Shown: positions 35,601 to 47,390 of the stretch, piece by piece
How the letters are laid out: each line of letters begins with the position of its first letter
How positions within the stretch are numbered: position 1 is the first letter of the stretch
DNA from: Acanthaster planci
Taxonomy: Eukaryota
NCBI RefSeq assembly: GCF_001949145.1
Contig: NW_019091359.1
Location: 3,592,827 to 3,646,458, forward strand
Length of the DNA stretch: 53,632 nt
Direction: 5' to 3'
Notes under the pieces: model-generated
The model's input: the letters and a program-made list of their open reading frames with translations, nothing else
Database searches by the model: none
Told to the model about the DNA's origin: nothing
Position numbers and translations under genes: made by a program

Positions 35601-38600
35601 GACTGAGGAGTGTTAGGGTTAACAATGTTTATTGTAGCTACATGCCCCTTACTGACAACAGTTTCAATTTCAAGACACAGCTAATCACATTATAGCAAGG
35701 ACTTTGAAAACACAAGTTGTCTTACCGTTGTTCCATGGACGATGCCTTGTGGACCAATATAACAGAAGCTTCCAGCAGTCATCTGGCCATACCTAGAGGA
35801 AAATCAGAAGATGGCAAAAAAAGCTTGCTACTTTTCCAATGGTAATTTATATTTTCAATAAATAGGAAACTAAAATCAAAGGTGTATGAAGGGATAAAAT
35901 ACAGGATTTGTTATTGTATCCATCAATCCATATTATATGAACATAATTACCAGCTAGAAGAATATCAATAGACTTACATAGTGACACCCAAGCCAAACAG
36001 TCGGTCATAATTCTCTCTTGAAGAATAGTTTGGCACCATCTAAATGAGAAAAATTGATCATACTTAACCCTAACCCCCAAGGGTTGCTGGCCCTAACCTT
36101 CTCCATTCACACAAAGTTAAACACCCATATAGGACTATGTACATGGAGGTTGTTGGACTTTGTTTTTCTGAGGTATGCCAAACCCAATGCAAAAGCCAGC
36201 TGTTACGGGCCTACCAGACCTATCCCCATAGAATTAAACACTTTACTACTGTTTAATTCTGTGTGGTTGGGGAAGGTTATGGTTAATGAATCCCGTTGGA
36301 AATTCAGAGTACTTCAGACTTTTGACCACCTAGCATGCTGCAGCAAGTATTTAGGATGTCTCTTGTTCGGATCTTACTCTAATTTTGATGCAAAAATTAC
36401 ACATACAATTGAGAACACACAACATTAATTTGACATGTGCATTTTAAAAAGCTTTTGATTTAAAAATGGCAGGATAATTATAACTTTGCCTACTCTGTGC
36501 AACTTGCACAAAGCTATGGTCTTATACTGAAGTGAGTAAGTGGCAAGGGCTAATGGATGCAATACTGCCAAGTAGGTTTCTGCAATGACACTGAATCACA
36601 AACCATGCCATTGGTGACGACAACCCTTGGTGCATCAATATGACTAGGAAATAACCCCATCGGATGACCTGAGTACAATGCCAGTGTCTGATCCTCTGTC
36701 ATTTCAGACAAGTAGTGCATTGCAAGACGAAACTGGTGATAAAAAGATAATGATTACTTCAACACTTGCAGTCTTCAAATACAGGCACTGGAAAATTTGG
36801 GGGCAGAAATTTTCAGTTTTTTCCTTTGTTGATGGTCAATGAGAATTTTACAAAAAAAAAGTTACAAAAAAATATAAAGAGCAAAATATGTAGAGGATAT
36901 CAGATGCATAAAACATTACTTGAAAAAATATTATAGAAACAGACAAATTCAATAACAATTTCACAGCTTCACTTTTTAGGCAGAACCCTATTTCATAAAT
37001 GACTTTTCTAAGTTGAGAAGAGTGATCCGGAATAAATATTTTACTATTTACTACATACACACACTGAATTGTATTTCACTGTCATTTTTCTTAATACATG
37101 TATTCCAAACATTTGCTCAGGGCTTTGTTTTTGTGAAGATTTGGGCTCTAATCGGGATAAAGGAGGCACAGCTTAAAAAAAGGACAATAAATAAAATGAC
37201 TTATGTAAATGAAATACCTATTCTCACAAGGTTTACTCACCTGTGCCCAGTTGGAGAATACCTGCCCATTTCCTCCATAGGTAACAAGCTCATGAGGAAA
37301 CTGTCATGTAACATGAAAAACACGACATAAAAATTCTTGAAAACAATCTTGAATAACTTTCACTCATGCCTATTGGTTTTAAATCAGACTAAAACTAAGG
37401 GTGGGATTTTCCCTTTAATTTGAATACCGTTTAGATATGAGAATGTCACACCATGACCATAATGTCGAAACTTTTAACACAACCAATTATATACAATGTA
37501 AATAGTTGACACAAAGTTCTGGTGATGAATTCATGGTATTTCTTTGATATGACCGAGCAGAATTCCGAAAATCAGCTTACATTTTACAGGCATCGTTTAC
37601 AATAAAAAGGAAAGGTAGATTCCATCCATCAAAAGGTCAAACCTCTATTACAAAGGGGCAGTTCCGTTTAAACGTTTGAGAAAATCAGTGGATGGATTTG
37701 GAACTTTTTTCATTTAAACTTGTAATTGTCCCACCCTAAACCATAGCCCGGAGAGCACTGCTTGTAATGTTGTTTTTACCTGAGCAACCCGGGGGTCTAA
37801 ATTGTTCATGATCATATGCATGATGCCTGCAGCTTGCCGTGTGTTGCATGGATAATCGTTTATGGGATACGCTCTGGAAAATAATCCCAAATAAAACAGC
37901 ATTTGCAATGGTAATCAATGTCACTACTTCTTGTAGAATGATTATACCTGTCGTTGACCTGTACTACACCATTTCTAATTGGAACTGTGAAATCATTTGA
38001 ACACCATCAATTTATACAACATACAGTTGGAAAGCCACAACAATTTATGGAGAACATAGCTCTAGTATAAAAAGATGCAATGCTATTAAATCAATTTTCT
38101 AAGTTTGCTTTCAAGTAAATAGCCACAGAGTAAATTCAGGGAAATTTGGATTAGTGGCAGTACCTGTATATTTTACTTCACGTGTGGGTCCAGTCACTGA
38201 ATGGAGAAAATATAGGCCCAAACTGAAGACAAATTGAGCAATAATAATATAAGCAAACAAAATTATGCAGTACAAAGTGCATTAACCCTAACAGTCCCAA
38301 ATCCTCCAATTTCCATACGATTTTACATACACCCTTGGGGGTTAGGGTTAATGCAAATAAATTCAAAACCAATATGACAGACCTCATTTCAATATTTGGA
38401 CGAAAGCGGTACATGTAGATGTGACCAAACTCTCGCAATTCTTCAGCAAACTCTGGTGCCAGGACATCATGAAGTTCAGGTGGGAAATAACGCAGTGCAT
38501 TTTGTAATGCAAGCTGTAAACAAATGGAAATAAAGCAGATATTTAATGTCATTGTAACTTGACTCCATGGGCCCACATTAAGACATTTACTGTATTGTTT

Positions 38601-39421
38601 AGGCTATGCAAAAATAAGAATACTTTCTTGTCTGAAGAACTTAAACTTTGAAGAAGATTGAATAGATTCTTCAGCACAAGAATGAATTTTAGGAGACTGA
38701 GAGAGGGGTGAGCATACAGTCCTTGTAAGATAGTAACAGTATAGAATTACACTCAGAAAGAGTTCTATACCTCCAGGCTCCATACACAGACAATGAGACG
38801 TCACGTGATATCCTAAGTTGGACTCTACAAATTGCCTTTTTTAACATTTGGACATGAAACTGGTCGAGAAAATTGCATTTCTGAGTAAGTGCTTCGATAT
38901 TTTCCTTGGTAAATTTGACTTTTCGTGATATTGTTAGGCCTACCCCTTTCTGATGATGGTGGCTGATTTACCACACCGCTGTGCAGAGAGAAAAAAGTGA
39001 TGTCTAGACAGGGACCTGTTTCTCCCACATGGTTCGTTACGTCCGTCGACATCCATGACGCCAGAATAGTCAAGGTGGAGGAATAAAATCACATGACATA
39101 CAACTGTACACGTAGAAGTGCGTGCGTACTCATTCCCGCCTACACCACACCCCCTTAAACAACCAATCAAATCCAACACTGACGACCCGAAGGAACGTTA
39201 CTGACCAGAGAATGTTTTGAACGCCTTCAGTCACTATGTTCATTTTAACGTTAGACGGTAGGTCACGAGAAAGGACACTTCTCGGAAACACTTACCCGTT
39301 CTTCGTCCGGTGTAAGATTGGGCACTCTCACAGGAGCGTGAGCTATGTTGTTATCTCTTGTTCTGGCAGAGGGCAGAGGATCAAGAGGAAGACCCTCACA
39401 CATCTCCTTCAAAGACGCCAT
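29519..39421 (-). CDS. UROC1: Urocanate hydratase (urocanase), complete spliced gene, 18 coding exons, 676 aa
   Basis: Minus-strand exons 39296-39421, 38383-38513, 37780-37873, 37241-37300, 36604-36732, 35978-36039, 35726-35792, 35235-35416, 34911-34961, 34561-34623, 34019-34198, 33805-33902, 33508-33583, 33260-33381, 32702-32772, 32132-32330, 30939-31120, 29519-29656 join in frame (2031 nt), all GT-AG. Motifs: YGQMTAGSFCYIGPQGIVHGT, GLGGMSGAQ, SDQTSCHNP, FDYGN, GFGPFRW, RDHHDVSG, HNGGGVGWG. Confidence 0.97.
29755..30321. mobile_element. piggyBac-like non-autonomous element in the last UROC1 intron
   Basis: TTAA|CCACTTGCTGCC ... GGCGGCAAGTGG|TTAA. Confidence 0.75.
30418..30848 (+). mobile_element. 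tRNA-derived SINE with L2-like 3' tail and internal triplication
   Basis: A-box TGGCTTAGTGG (30425-30435), degenerate B-box GGTTTTGAATC (30467-30477), core AGGAGTATACACGGGTACC in three copies, tail TTTGAGCAC...ATAAATGCTAATTTATTGTTGTTG. Confidence 0.72.
30505..30670. repeat. 57-61-bp tandem repeat, 3 copies, inside the SINE
   Basis: TCAGGAGTATACACGGGTACCAGTGAAGACAG..TATACTAACAACTT at 30505, 30562 and 30623. Confidence 0.93.
30939..31120 (-). CDS. UROC1: UROC1 coding exon 17
   Basis: MAVQNVIGDSFRGATWVALHNGGGVGWGEVINGGFG...WDVTNG. Confidence 0.96.
31635..31877. mobile_element. MITE with 24-bp TIRs
   Basis: GGGGCCAATTTCATAGAGCTGCTT / AAGCAGCACTATGAAATTAGCCCC (22/24 match). Confidence 0.8.
32132..32330 (-). 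CDS. UROC1: UROC1 coding exon 16
   Basis: VVGSQARILYS...SRDHHDVSGTDSPFRETSNIYDGSAFCA(D). Confidence 0.96.
32702..32772 (-). CDS. UROC1: UROC1 coding exon 15
   Basis: (V)PETTKQQYEDNIRWIKEAAKHKL. Confidence 0.94.
33260..33381 (-). CDS. UROC1: UROC1 coding exon 14
   Basis: DIFSLGFGPFRWVCTSSDPNDLATTDEIATTVLEDFIRQG. Confidence 0.95.
33508..33583 (-). CDS. UROC1: UROC1 coding exon 13
   Basis: ADVKKEGDQTGNRFRYPSYVQDIM(G). Confidence 0.95.
33805..33902 (-). CDS. UROC1: UROC1 coding exon 12
   Basis: LRRQIAAINKLADRGMYFFDYGNAFLLEASRA(G). Confidence 0.95.
34019..34198 (-). CDS. UROC1: UROC1 coding exon 11
   Basis: ERMVTEYDSTGELLVDLGSDQTSCHNPFNGGYYP...FKNLVQE(S). Confidence 0.96.
34561..34623 (-). 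CDS. UROC1: UROC1 coding exon 10
   Basis: RAKKEKTPLSIGYHGNIVDI(W). Confidence 0.94.
34911..34961 (-). CDS. UROC1: UROC1 coding exon 9
   Basis: WVMEVVDSLDVCIERI(K). Confidence 0.93.
35235..35416 (-). CDS. UROC1: UROC1 coding exon 8
   Basis: ITVMNAGRQQ...SGLGGMSGAQAKAA...KRHKQ(G), NAD-binding glycine-rich loop. Confidence 0.96.
35726..35792 (-). CDS. UROC1: UROC1 coding exon 7
   Basis: YGQMTAGSFCYIGPQGIVHGTT. Confidence 0.96.
35978..36039 (-). CDS. UROC1: UROC1 coding exon 6
   Basis: MVPNYSSRENYDRLFGLGVT(M). Confidence 0.94.
36604..36732 (-). CDS. UROC1: UROC1 coding exon 5
   Basis: FRLAMHYLSEMTEDQTLALYSGHPMGLFPSHIDAPRVVVTNGM. Confidence 0.95.
37241..37300 (-). CDS. UROC1: UROC1 coding exon 4
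   Basis: FPHELVTYGGNGQVFSNWAQ. Confidence 0.95.
37780..37873 (-). CDS. UROC1: UROC1 coding exon 3
   Basis: AYPINDYPCNTRQAAGIMHMIMNNLDPRVAQ. Confidence 0.95.
38286..38347. mobile_element. 62-bp TTAA-flanked mini-element (copy 1)
   Basis: TTAA|CCCTAAC...GTTAGGG|TTAA; near-identical copy at 49716-49777. Confidence 0.75.
38383..38513 (-). CDS. UROC1: UROC1 coding exon 2
   Basis: LALQNALRYFPPELHDVLAPEFAEELREFGHIYMYRFRPNIEM(R). Confidence 0.95.
39296..39421 (-). CDS. UROC1: UROC1 coding exon 1
   Basis: MASLKEMCEGLPLDPLPSARTRDNNIAHAPVRVPNLTPDEER; AAAA ATG G context, donor GTAAGT. Confidence 0.93.
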
Positions 39422-40999
39422 TTTTTAAATCGCTGATGATGTAACAAAACACAAAAGGACCAACAGATATCGATACATCATGTACTACACAGCCAACCAA
39501 CAGTTTGAGTGGTATAGTACACAGACACGTCGACGGTTTTCAGCCGATACACTAAAGCCAGCGCGCGCGCCGGCGCCCGGCCTGCTCGTTGCGGCTACGT
39601 CTAGCGCCCTCTACCATTTATTTGTATTCTCTTGATTTGTTATATCGCCCTCTATAAAATGCGTTGGTTGAAAGTGCAAAGTACATGGTTGGCAGAAATG
39701 TGAACTAGCATGCCACAGAAGGTTTTTTTTACCTATGGGCACCACCGTAATTTATTTTCCTGCGCTGCCTAACTGATCGAAGTAAAATGACTGAGATAAA
39801 TCAATAATCAATTTTTTGCTCAAAATGCAAGAAAGAAAAGTTTAACAACACTATGGCAATCAGGACCAGCCGGATTAAATGGTCCGTAAAGGTTCTGGTA
39901 CCTGGGGTCTGTAGACCCCAATATTCTACCCAATTCAGGCAGGCTCTACTCTTGCCCTGGGCTCGGGGACTGGGAAAAGATACTTTGCACTGATATCTTT
40001 CATTTCATGTTGATGCTAAGCTGGAGAGTGAGGCGAGAACCATGGAGAAATAAAATACACAGACTGTGTCTATATTCCTCCATGCAGGAACTAGATAAGT
40101 TTTGAAGCTTTCCCCTTTCCCTAAGTCGAATTCAGAGAGACTCGCTAGCTGTTGAAGCTGGTGTGCCTTTGTTTGTGCATGGTATTACAAACAATAAAAA
40201 TATTTTTAAAGTGAAATATAATTTGCCATTCCCGAAATATCTCTGCTTTGTAATTACAAAGCTTTCGTTTCTTGTAGTAATAAAATAATTAATAATTTCC
40301 AAATCATTCAGTTATTACCATGTTTCAGTTTTTGTAGTTAGCATGTACTGACCACAGAGCCATATATGGCTCTATGGTAATGACTTTTGTTTTCTTCAAT
40401 TGAATTCTATTAAGATTCACTTGCGAGGACAAATCCATAAAAAAAAATAATTCGTTGATTCTTCGATTACGAAAAATGTCGAACAGCCTTGCTTTACAGA
40501 ACCTGAGCTCAAGCTGTACGCGAGTTCCCGATCGATGATCTAGATTTGTCACAGTCTCTGTGCATTTCAATTTTTTTACGTCTACTATGAAACGGTGTTC
40601 TGTCTGATGTATTTCTTTATTGTGTGTGTAAAGCAGGGTACCAGTATTATCTACAATCAAGCTGATGGTACCCGGAATCTCGCAACAACAGCATTGAAAA
40701 TACATTTGGTGTGACACTGGAACCAGCGATTACCCCTGAATGACCAAAATAATGTCATCAAACGGACATTTTTGAAAGAGGAACACCCTGCTCTGACGCC
40801 GAATGACTCATTGGAAACAAATGAAATGAAATTATTTAAATGAGATAGGTAAGTTCAAAGAAGTACTAACGTAACGGTAAAGTCATGCTGCAAATATGGG
40901 GCTCAGCTGCTGGGAACAATGGTGTAATTTCTGCGTGGGTCAGTTGCTGATGTCACGCGTGTTAAATGCCAGCAGTAGATTTATGGGGTGTACGGGTAC

Positions 41000-41066
41000 T
41001 ATTGCATCAAACATGGCAAAGTCCGGAATTTACACGCAGTTTTGACCGGAGGAAAAATCCAATAAA
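41000..41066 (+). other. Putative non-coding first exon of MAGI (start approximate)
   Basis: GTAAGT donor at 41067; the 41965 acceptor requires an upstream 5'UTR exon; followed by a CpG/GC-box-rich patch at 41170-41285. Confidence 0.45.
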
Positions 41067-42099
41067 GTAAGTTACGGTAGCCCAGATAGTAACCACGGTA
41101 ATAGTGCTATTCTTTTGTGCCAAGCCTGTTGAACATGCTCTTCCCCTGGTTGCCTACTCCCAGAACTATGGCCCGGTGGGGTCCGACAATGTCCGACGTC
41201 CGCCCCGCGCTGACGTCCGCCCCGAACGTTCGTGGGAGCGGGGCGGACTTCAGACCCCACAGTTCCGGGGCCCTGCAGTGGGGGTACTGTCATGGTTTCC
41301 AACCTCCATGCTCGTCCAGAGCAACAGATTGGTTATTTTAATTTTGGGGGGAGGGTTGATAACAGTGTTTGAAATAATTTTTTAATGAATTTTTACCATA
41401 TTTAGGCTATTTATCATGTGTACGTACATGTACATGATTTAGGTTCAGTCATCCAGTTCAAGTTCACGCCTCCAGACTGATTTTATTCCACTCTGAGTGA
41501 CATAAACCAAAACATTATTTTTGAATGACTTTTATCATTTGTTCTTTGACATTTTGCTACTCGAACCGGTACTGTAGCTACAGTAAAAAAAATCTGTGAA
41601 AATTGTGTATTGTTTCTTCAGTGTCTGGATCTTTGGGATGCATGGAACTGTTACAGTATTTACTAAATATCACTTCTAAAATTTTCTGACTGAAAGTTAC
41701 CAAAAATGCAGTACAAAATGCAATGTACCGGTATATGGTGAACCCAACAAGGTTATGCAGAATTTCAATCGTCCCTGGGGGTTAGGGTTTGATCTTAGCC
41801 ATTGTCAAGTGGATATCAGTAGTTACATGGTTGCTGATAATGGCATCTACATTTAGGCTATACGCCTGAGAATGGTATCTGGTGGTGGTCCACATGGAAA
41901 TTTGTTGTACAAATAGATACAGTATAACATTATTCTTTGTGGCTTTGTTTTGTTTTTGTCTGTAGGAAGTGGACCATTGCAAGGTAGTGATTCACTGTCA
42001 TCTCATGAATGAAGTGACAAGGATACCTGTGCATTACCTCAAGTGCACTTCTTGGAGTTCATATTGTAGGCTTATTGTTTAACATCGCTGCTTATCACC

Positions 42100-42412
42100 A
42101 TGACCAAAGACAACAAAAAGGGGACCAAGCCACCTAAACACTGGAGCCAATATATCCATGAGATTGTAGTTTCTCCAACGGATGATGGCAGTCCCAATTT
42201 CACTGTTAGAGGCGGAGCTGAGAATGGGCTGTTCCCCTACATTGCAGATGTCCGCAGCGACAGGATTCTGGTACGTTCGGGCAAACTGCATACAGATGAT
42301 TTATTGATTGAGTTGAATGGGCACAAACTACCTGGGTTTACATTGTGGGACATCGAGGCTCTTCTGGCACATATTGGCCGTGCACCTTTGCACCTGAAAA
42401 CAGTCAAACAAG
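42100..42412 (+). CDS. MAGI: MAGI-family MAGUK scaffold, first coding exon (PDZ0 domain); gene continues beyond the window
   Basis: KHWSQYIHEIVV...VRGGAENGLFPYI...LLIELNGHKLPG...LKTVKQG resembles the MAGI N-terminus (HWTSRVHE...GGAEHGEFPY...KAVRQG); phase-1 donor GTACGT at 42413; strong acceptor at 41965 upstream of the ATG. Confidence 0.88.
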
Positions 42413-45400
42413 GTACGTGTAGGTTGTAGTATACATGTACATGTAGGTTAACCCCGGTAGCTTTTCCTAAATGTAAGTGTACAGTATTTTAGAAAGACAC
42501 CATTATTTACCAATTATTAATTAGGGACTTTGTTTAAATTATTGGTGTTGTTAAATGGTGTAATTTGGCAACCAGTCTCAGAAGCCATTACTGCAGTGGC
42601 ACAACGACAGGTGATTTGTGTGTTACATACCACTTCAGCCAGTAGGTTGTCATGATTTGCTAAATGCATGCACTCATCAAGTTCAAGACTGTACACGTAT
42701 ATGCACATATAGCATGTAGTACAGCACCGTTGCAGTTAGGTATGGTGTCTCTTCGAATTATTCAATACAATAATTTCCTGAAGTGCTGTACTGTACCTGT
42801 GATTTGAAATACATTGTACATTAGTCATTGTTTGAATACGTGTGCTTTTGTCTGTCAGAAAATTGGGTTTGCTGTTGTGTATTGCATGTACGGTAGAGTC
42901 TCAGTGGAGTCCAGTTTTATTCATCCCTTCAGAAGGAAATTTTAATGGCAAGCACATGCCAAGACATATATATTTAGTAGACATACATATTCTGCTGCCA
43001 TTTCCTCAAGGGTGAACATTTTGCTCTTTTTGTGAATGGTTAGATTTCCCCTCAGCATACATTGGATAGGATGCTTTATCAAGACAGGAACTGATGGGTA
43101 CATTCATGTACCGATACCAACATGTACATTGCAGAATATCCTTTAAAGTTCAATGTACATGTATGAATGGTCAAATTTTTAAAGCAAACAGAAAGGTAAT
43201 TTGTCGACACATTACCAGCCTGAAGCGTTAAGTCTACACTCATTGTTCACAAACTGGGCCAATTCACCTGCAGTTTTGTCTCACATGCAGATCTCATGAT
43301 CCAGTAATTACTTGTCTTTGATAAATGATGTGCACACTGCACAGCCAGTGTTTCAGCTTGAATAAGAATCATTTGGACTAAGAAGTTAAGAAAATATGAA
43401 ATGATGCCATACTTGGAACCAACAAACAGAGCCAAACAATACCCTGAGAAAACTACTTACACCAGTTGAATTCAGCAGGAGCAACAGCTTATTTGTTCAT
43501 TATTCAAATTTTGAAAATCCAACAGTACATCCCACGTTTTTATGTTGTTGAATTCAGCAAGGCCAATGTTTTCTAGCAAGTCATCCACAATTTTGTCTTT
43601 TGTTACCATTTTATTACACCATTACCTAAACAGTAAAACACACCCATTCACAGATTTGGATAAAAGTTGAATGACAGTTTAACATTTAACAAGGAGACCT
43701 ACTGAAGATGGTGTATATGTACACACGTCTGTTTGAGAGCTTCTGGCATCTTTTCCCCAGAACATTTTTTTTTTTAATAAATGACTCCTCTGTGAAACAT
43801 GGAAATGAATTATATTACGTTTAGCAAATCTGAAAAAGTGTTTATGAAAACTTATTTGAAGTATTATTACTCATACCTGACAATTGCTGGTACTTGTCAG
43901 GGAAATTGCTACTTTGTACTTTTAAATGTGTACACAGGCACATACATGTACATGTACATGTACACATGTAATTGGGGAAAAATTGATACCGGTAATTTTT
44001 GCAACCTTCTGAAAAAATGCAAATAATCCAACACCATTTCCTAAAAGGAATGACAGCTTAAGTTATGCAGTCTGTTCCCTGCTGATTGTGGAATGACATG
44101 TGCTCTTTGTACTCAGGATTTTTAAAGGTCTTGTATGAATAATTGTGTGTTTGTGTTGAATCGTGCTTGAGTGAAATGTACATATACTGTACGTGTACAT
44201 GTACCCCAGTAGGCCTGTGACTACATGTGTACATTGTACAGTTTACATGTAGTTCCCGTCAATGTAGTTAATACTTTACATCAAGTTTTGTGATGTACTG
44301 GTACAGTGTACAATATACATTGTACATTGTAGCCTTCATTCTTTCCAACTTCAGTGAAGACAGACTTCAATGTCAGATAAATTTTGTTCATTTCAGAATA
44401 AGAATGTACCGTAGAACAGTACATGCAGCCAGTCTGTTACTATCAGTACGGTTACTTAGATGGTTGCAAACAGGGAAAGCAGCAGGTAGCCTAACCTGAC
44501 TTGAACCTCTGCACCTGCTACGATTTACCAATCTTTGATACCTTGATGATAGCTTGTAAAGTCAAGGTGTCAAGTCAACTATAGGTGTGAAGTGATATCA
44601 CAGCTGTTCAAAGCTAATGACTAGACTGTCTAAACTGTATTTATTGAGAGTTATTGGTTTGTTTTAATGATTAGGATTTGTGTCTACTCTCTACTTCATT
44701 TACTGGAGATCACTGGAGGTGACATACATATACATTTAGGCCTATGCCTTACAAAAGAAGCTCACACTACATGTACAATGTACACATACTTCTTATTGTT
44801 AAGAAATTTCAATATCTGTGAGAGATTTGAAAGGTTAGGGGTTTAATGGGAATAATGTTAATGATAAAAGCATGAAGGGGGGCCTACTTGTTAATAAATT
44901 TAAAGAGGAAACAAAAGGAGTTACTGTTTTGGACTGAAATTTTAATCCTTGAGTGGCAGTGGCCCAAGAACTTTAACGTAACCATTTATGGGTAGTATTG
45001 ATTTGAACAAAAATGTCCTTTTTTGAATATTAGAAGGTAAACATATACATGTACATACCGGTATGTACCTGCCAACTTACAATTTACATGCACATTCAAA
45101 TGCTACAAGTGTGTACTCATTTGACAATATTAGTTAATATTTCTCACTGTGTGCATGTACTGGTATGTAACTTACAGTTTATGCCACACATACATTTTGT
45201 ACCATATCGGTATGTACAACACATAAGAATGCATCACTGAATAAGCCAGTGGAAAAGTTTAGCAGAGTTTGTCTGCAAGGTTAAACACATACTAAGACAA
45301 GAAACAGAAAGCCCTGTTTTTCACTTGAAGACAGTGTTGACACTCACGCCTCTTAGTCCATTTTCCAATACTGGCAAAAACCCCAAAGAGTCATTTGTGC

Positions 45401-47390
45401 ATGCACAGCATTTGAAAAAATTAATTTTAAAAATTCCATCTCGTTCAAATGTGTTATTAACTCGTAAATTTTTTATTGAATTGGCAATTTTAAGACATCA
45501 GATCATCAGTACTGATAACTCGAAGAATCCATGTTGTGAAATAATGACATGAGATGACAGCATCTACATGTAGTACCGATTTATTTGGACAACAGCACCA
45601 TGCTTACTGTAAATGTAATTCTCTTAGTCTTCTCAGTCTTCGTCATTTTATTAAATCCCCTACTCATCCTGTACTTCAAGTTCAGGACCTGTAATTTGAC
45701 ATTACTGACAGGATCACTCAATGGCCTCTCCTTCCTAATAATCAAATTTGTCATTTTGCCTCTCAAAGCCTAACAAATGGGCATCAACGACAATGCAAAC
45801 TGCTCTGTGGCTGAAGAGATCTGTTCCCCTACTCATATACCGGTAAAACTTAAATTAAGGCACTGTAGAAGAGATGGGTTACATGTACACACGTACATGT
45901 ATGTACATGTTACCCCATTAATTACTTGGTTATGGTTACTACTACGGGGCCATTCAAAATTTTCGATGTTTTTAAATTTACATGTAAATTGTTTCAACCC
46001 ACCAACCCCCAATTTCAATTAAAAAAAAAATGATATTTGCTCATTCAATATTGCTCATTCAATGTTAGATTGCTTAGTTTTCTTTGTCTCTCCATAGGTT
46101 GGGGTACAAATGGATTCTTGCTTAACCTTAAACCTAAATGTTGTCATCTAATTTATGTAAAATGATACATTGTGTAATGTTGCTCAAGTTAATGGCCATA
46201 TTCTCAGTACTTAAGTAATGTGAATCATGTTTGCTTATTGTAAAGAATGACAGCATTAAAATAAATGTTTCATTCAATATTGTACATTATGCATGGTGAC
46301 GGCCACGTTGAGTGCCGTACCGCAACTGCATGTACAAATTCCCATTACAGCACTCCCTGATATGATGTTCTTCTCGATATACATTTAGCTCTCTTTTTTC
46401 ACATCTGTGGCTGTTCTCCCATTGACTACATGTATGTTCATCTATTTTTGTTACAGCACTCTCTTTTACAGCACTTTCACGTCCAAGTCCCACATGTACA
46501 TATGCCAGCACACTTGTGTATTTCTGCATAGTGGGCAGTGCTTACACCAAGCAGAATAAAATGCATGCACTTGTGTGTAAATGTAAATATTAATGGTCTA
46601 CATCTTCATGTACAAGTTTGTTATTAATCTGTTTCATATCCTACATGTAGCATTTCTTTAGGCCAATTGAATTGTTCGTGTCATGTTCAGCTTTTCTCAT
46701 TTTGTTGCACATACATACATGTAAATGTAGGCCTGCATCTACATACTGTACGTACTGTATGTGATGCATGAACCAGAACTACATGTATGGATTGGGTGGG
46801 TAGTGGAATATTGAATGACCCTAGGGCCCCTCCCCACATGGGGTTTGGTGTCAGTTCCCACTCCTATCTTACCACACCCTTTGCATCAGAGCACTCCATT
46901 AACTGTAGTTAAGTGTAAAGAGGCAGTCACTAGCAACCAGTGAATGTTCCTGACTAACATCAGATTTGTTAGAGTTAATGGTCAAAGTAAAGCCCAGCTG
47001 CCTCTGATAGCCTTGCAACAAATATTTGCTAATCCACCAAAGTGGACTCTAACCCCTTTAAATCAGACTACTAACTGACTAATCACTGCTTGACATGATT
47101 TCAAGAGAGTCCAAGCTTTGGCCATGTAGATGCAGGCCCGTATGAGTGAACTTTGCACACATGTATCGATCTTTGAGATGACAAATTAGTGTAAATAAAC
47201 TCTGAACCGATGTGAATGTTTATTTGCAAGACAAAGAAGTTTGCTAGCAGGTCTAAAAATTCAAATACAGATGCTCTACAACAACAATGTTCTGTCAGAA
47301 AAACAGTACATATTTGGTGGGTTTGTGTGAGGATATCAGAATAGGTCGCACATGTCTTCAGTTACTCAGTGAAACTGAATTTGGGAATGT

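Noticed and set aside
6423..39421. Horizontally acquired bacterial hutH/hutU operon or contamination
   Set aside because: Both genes have many spliceosomal introns, including U12 type, are convergent rather than co-oriented, and HAL carries the animal-type N-terminal domain.
13916..39436. ORFs antisense to HAL/UROC1 exons (e.g. 13916-14143, 30946-31140, 32202-32456, 33169-33435, 39236-39436)
   Set aside because: Shadow frames of real exons.
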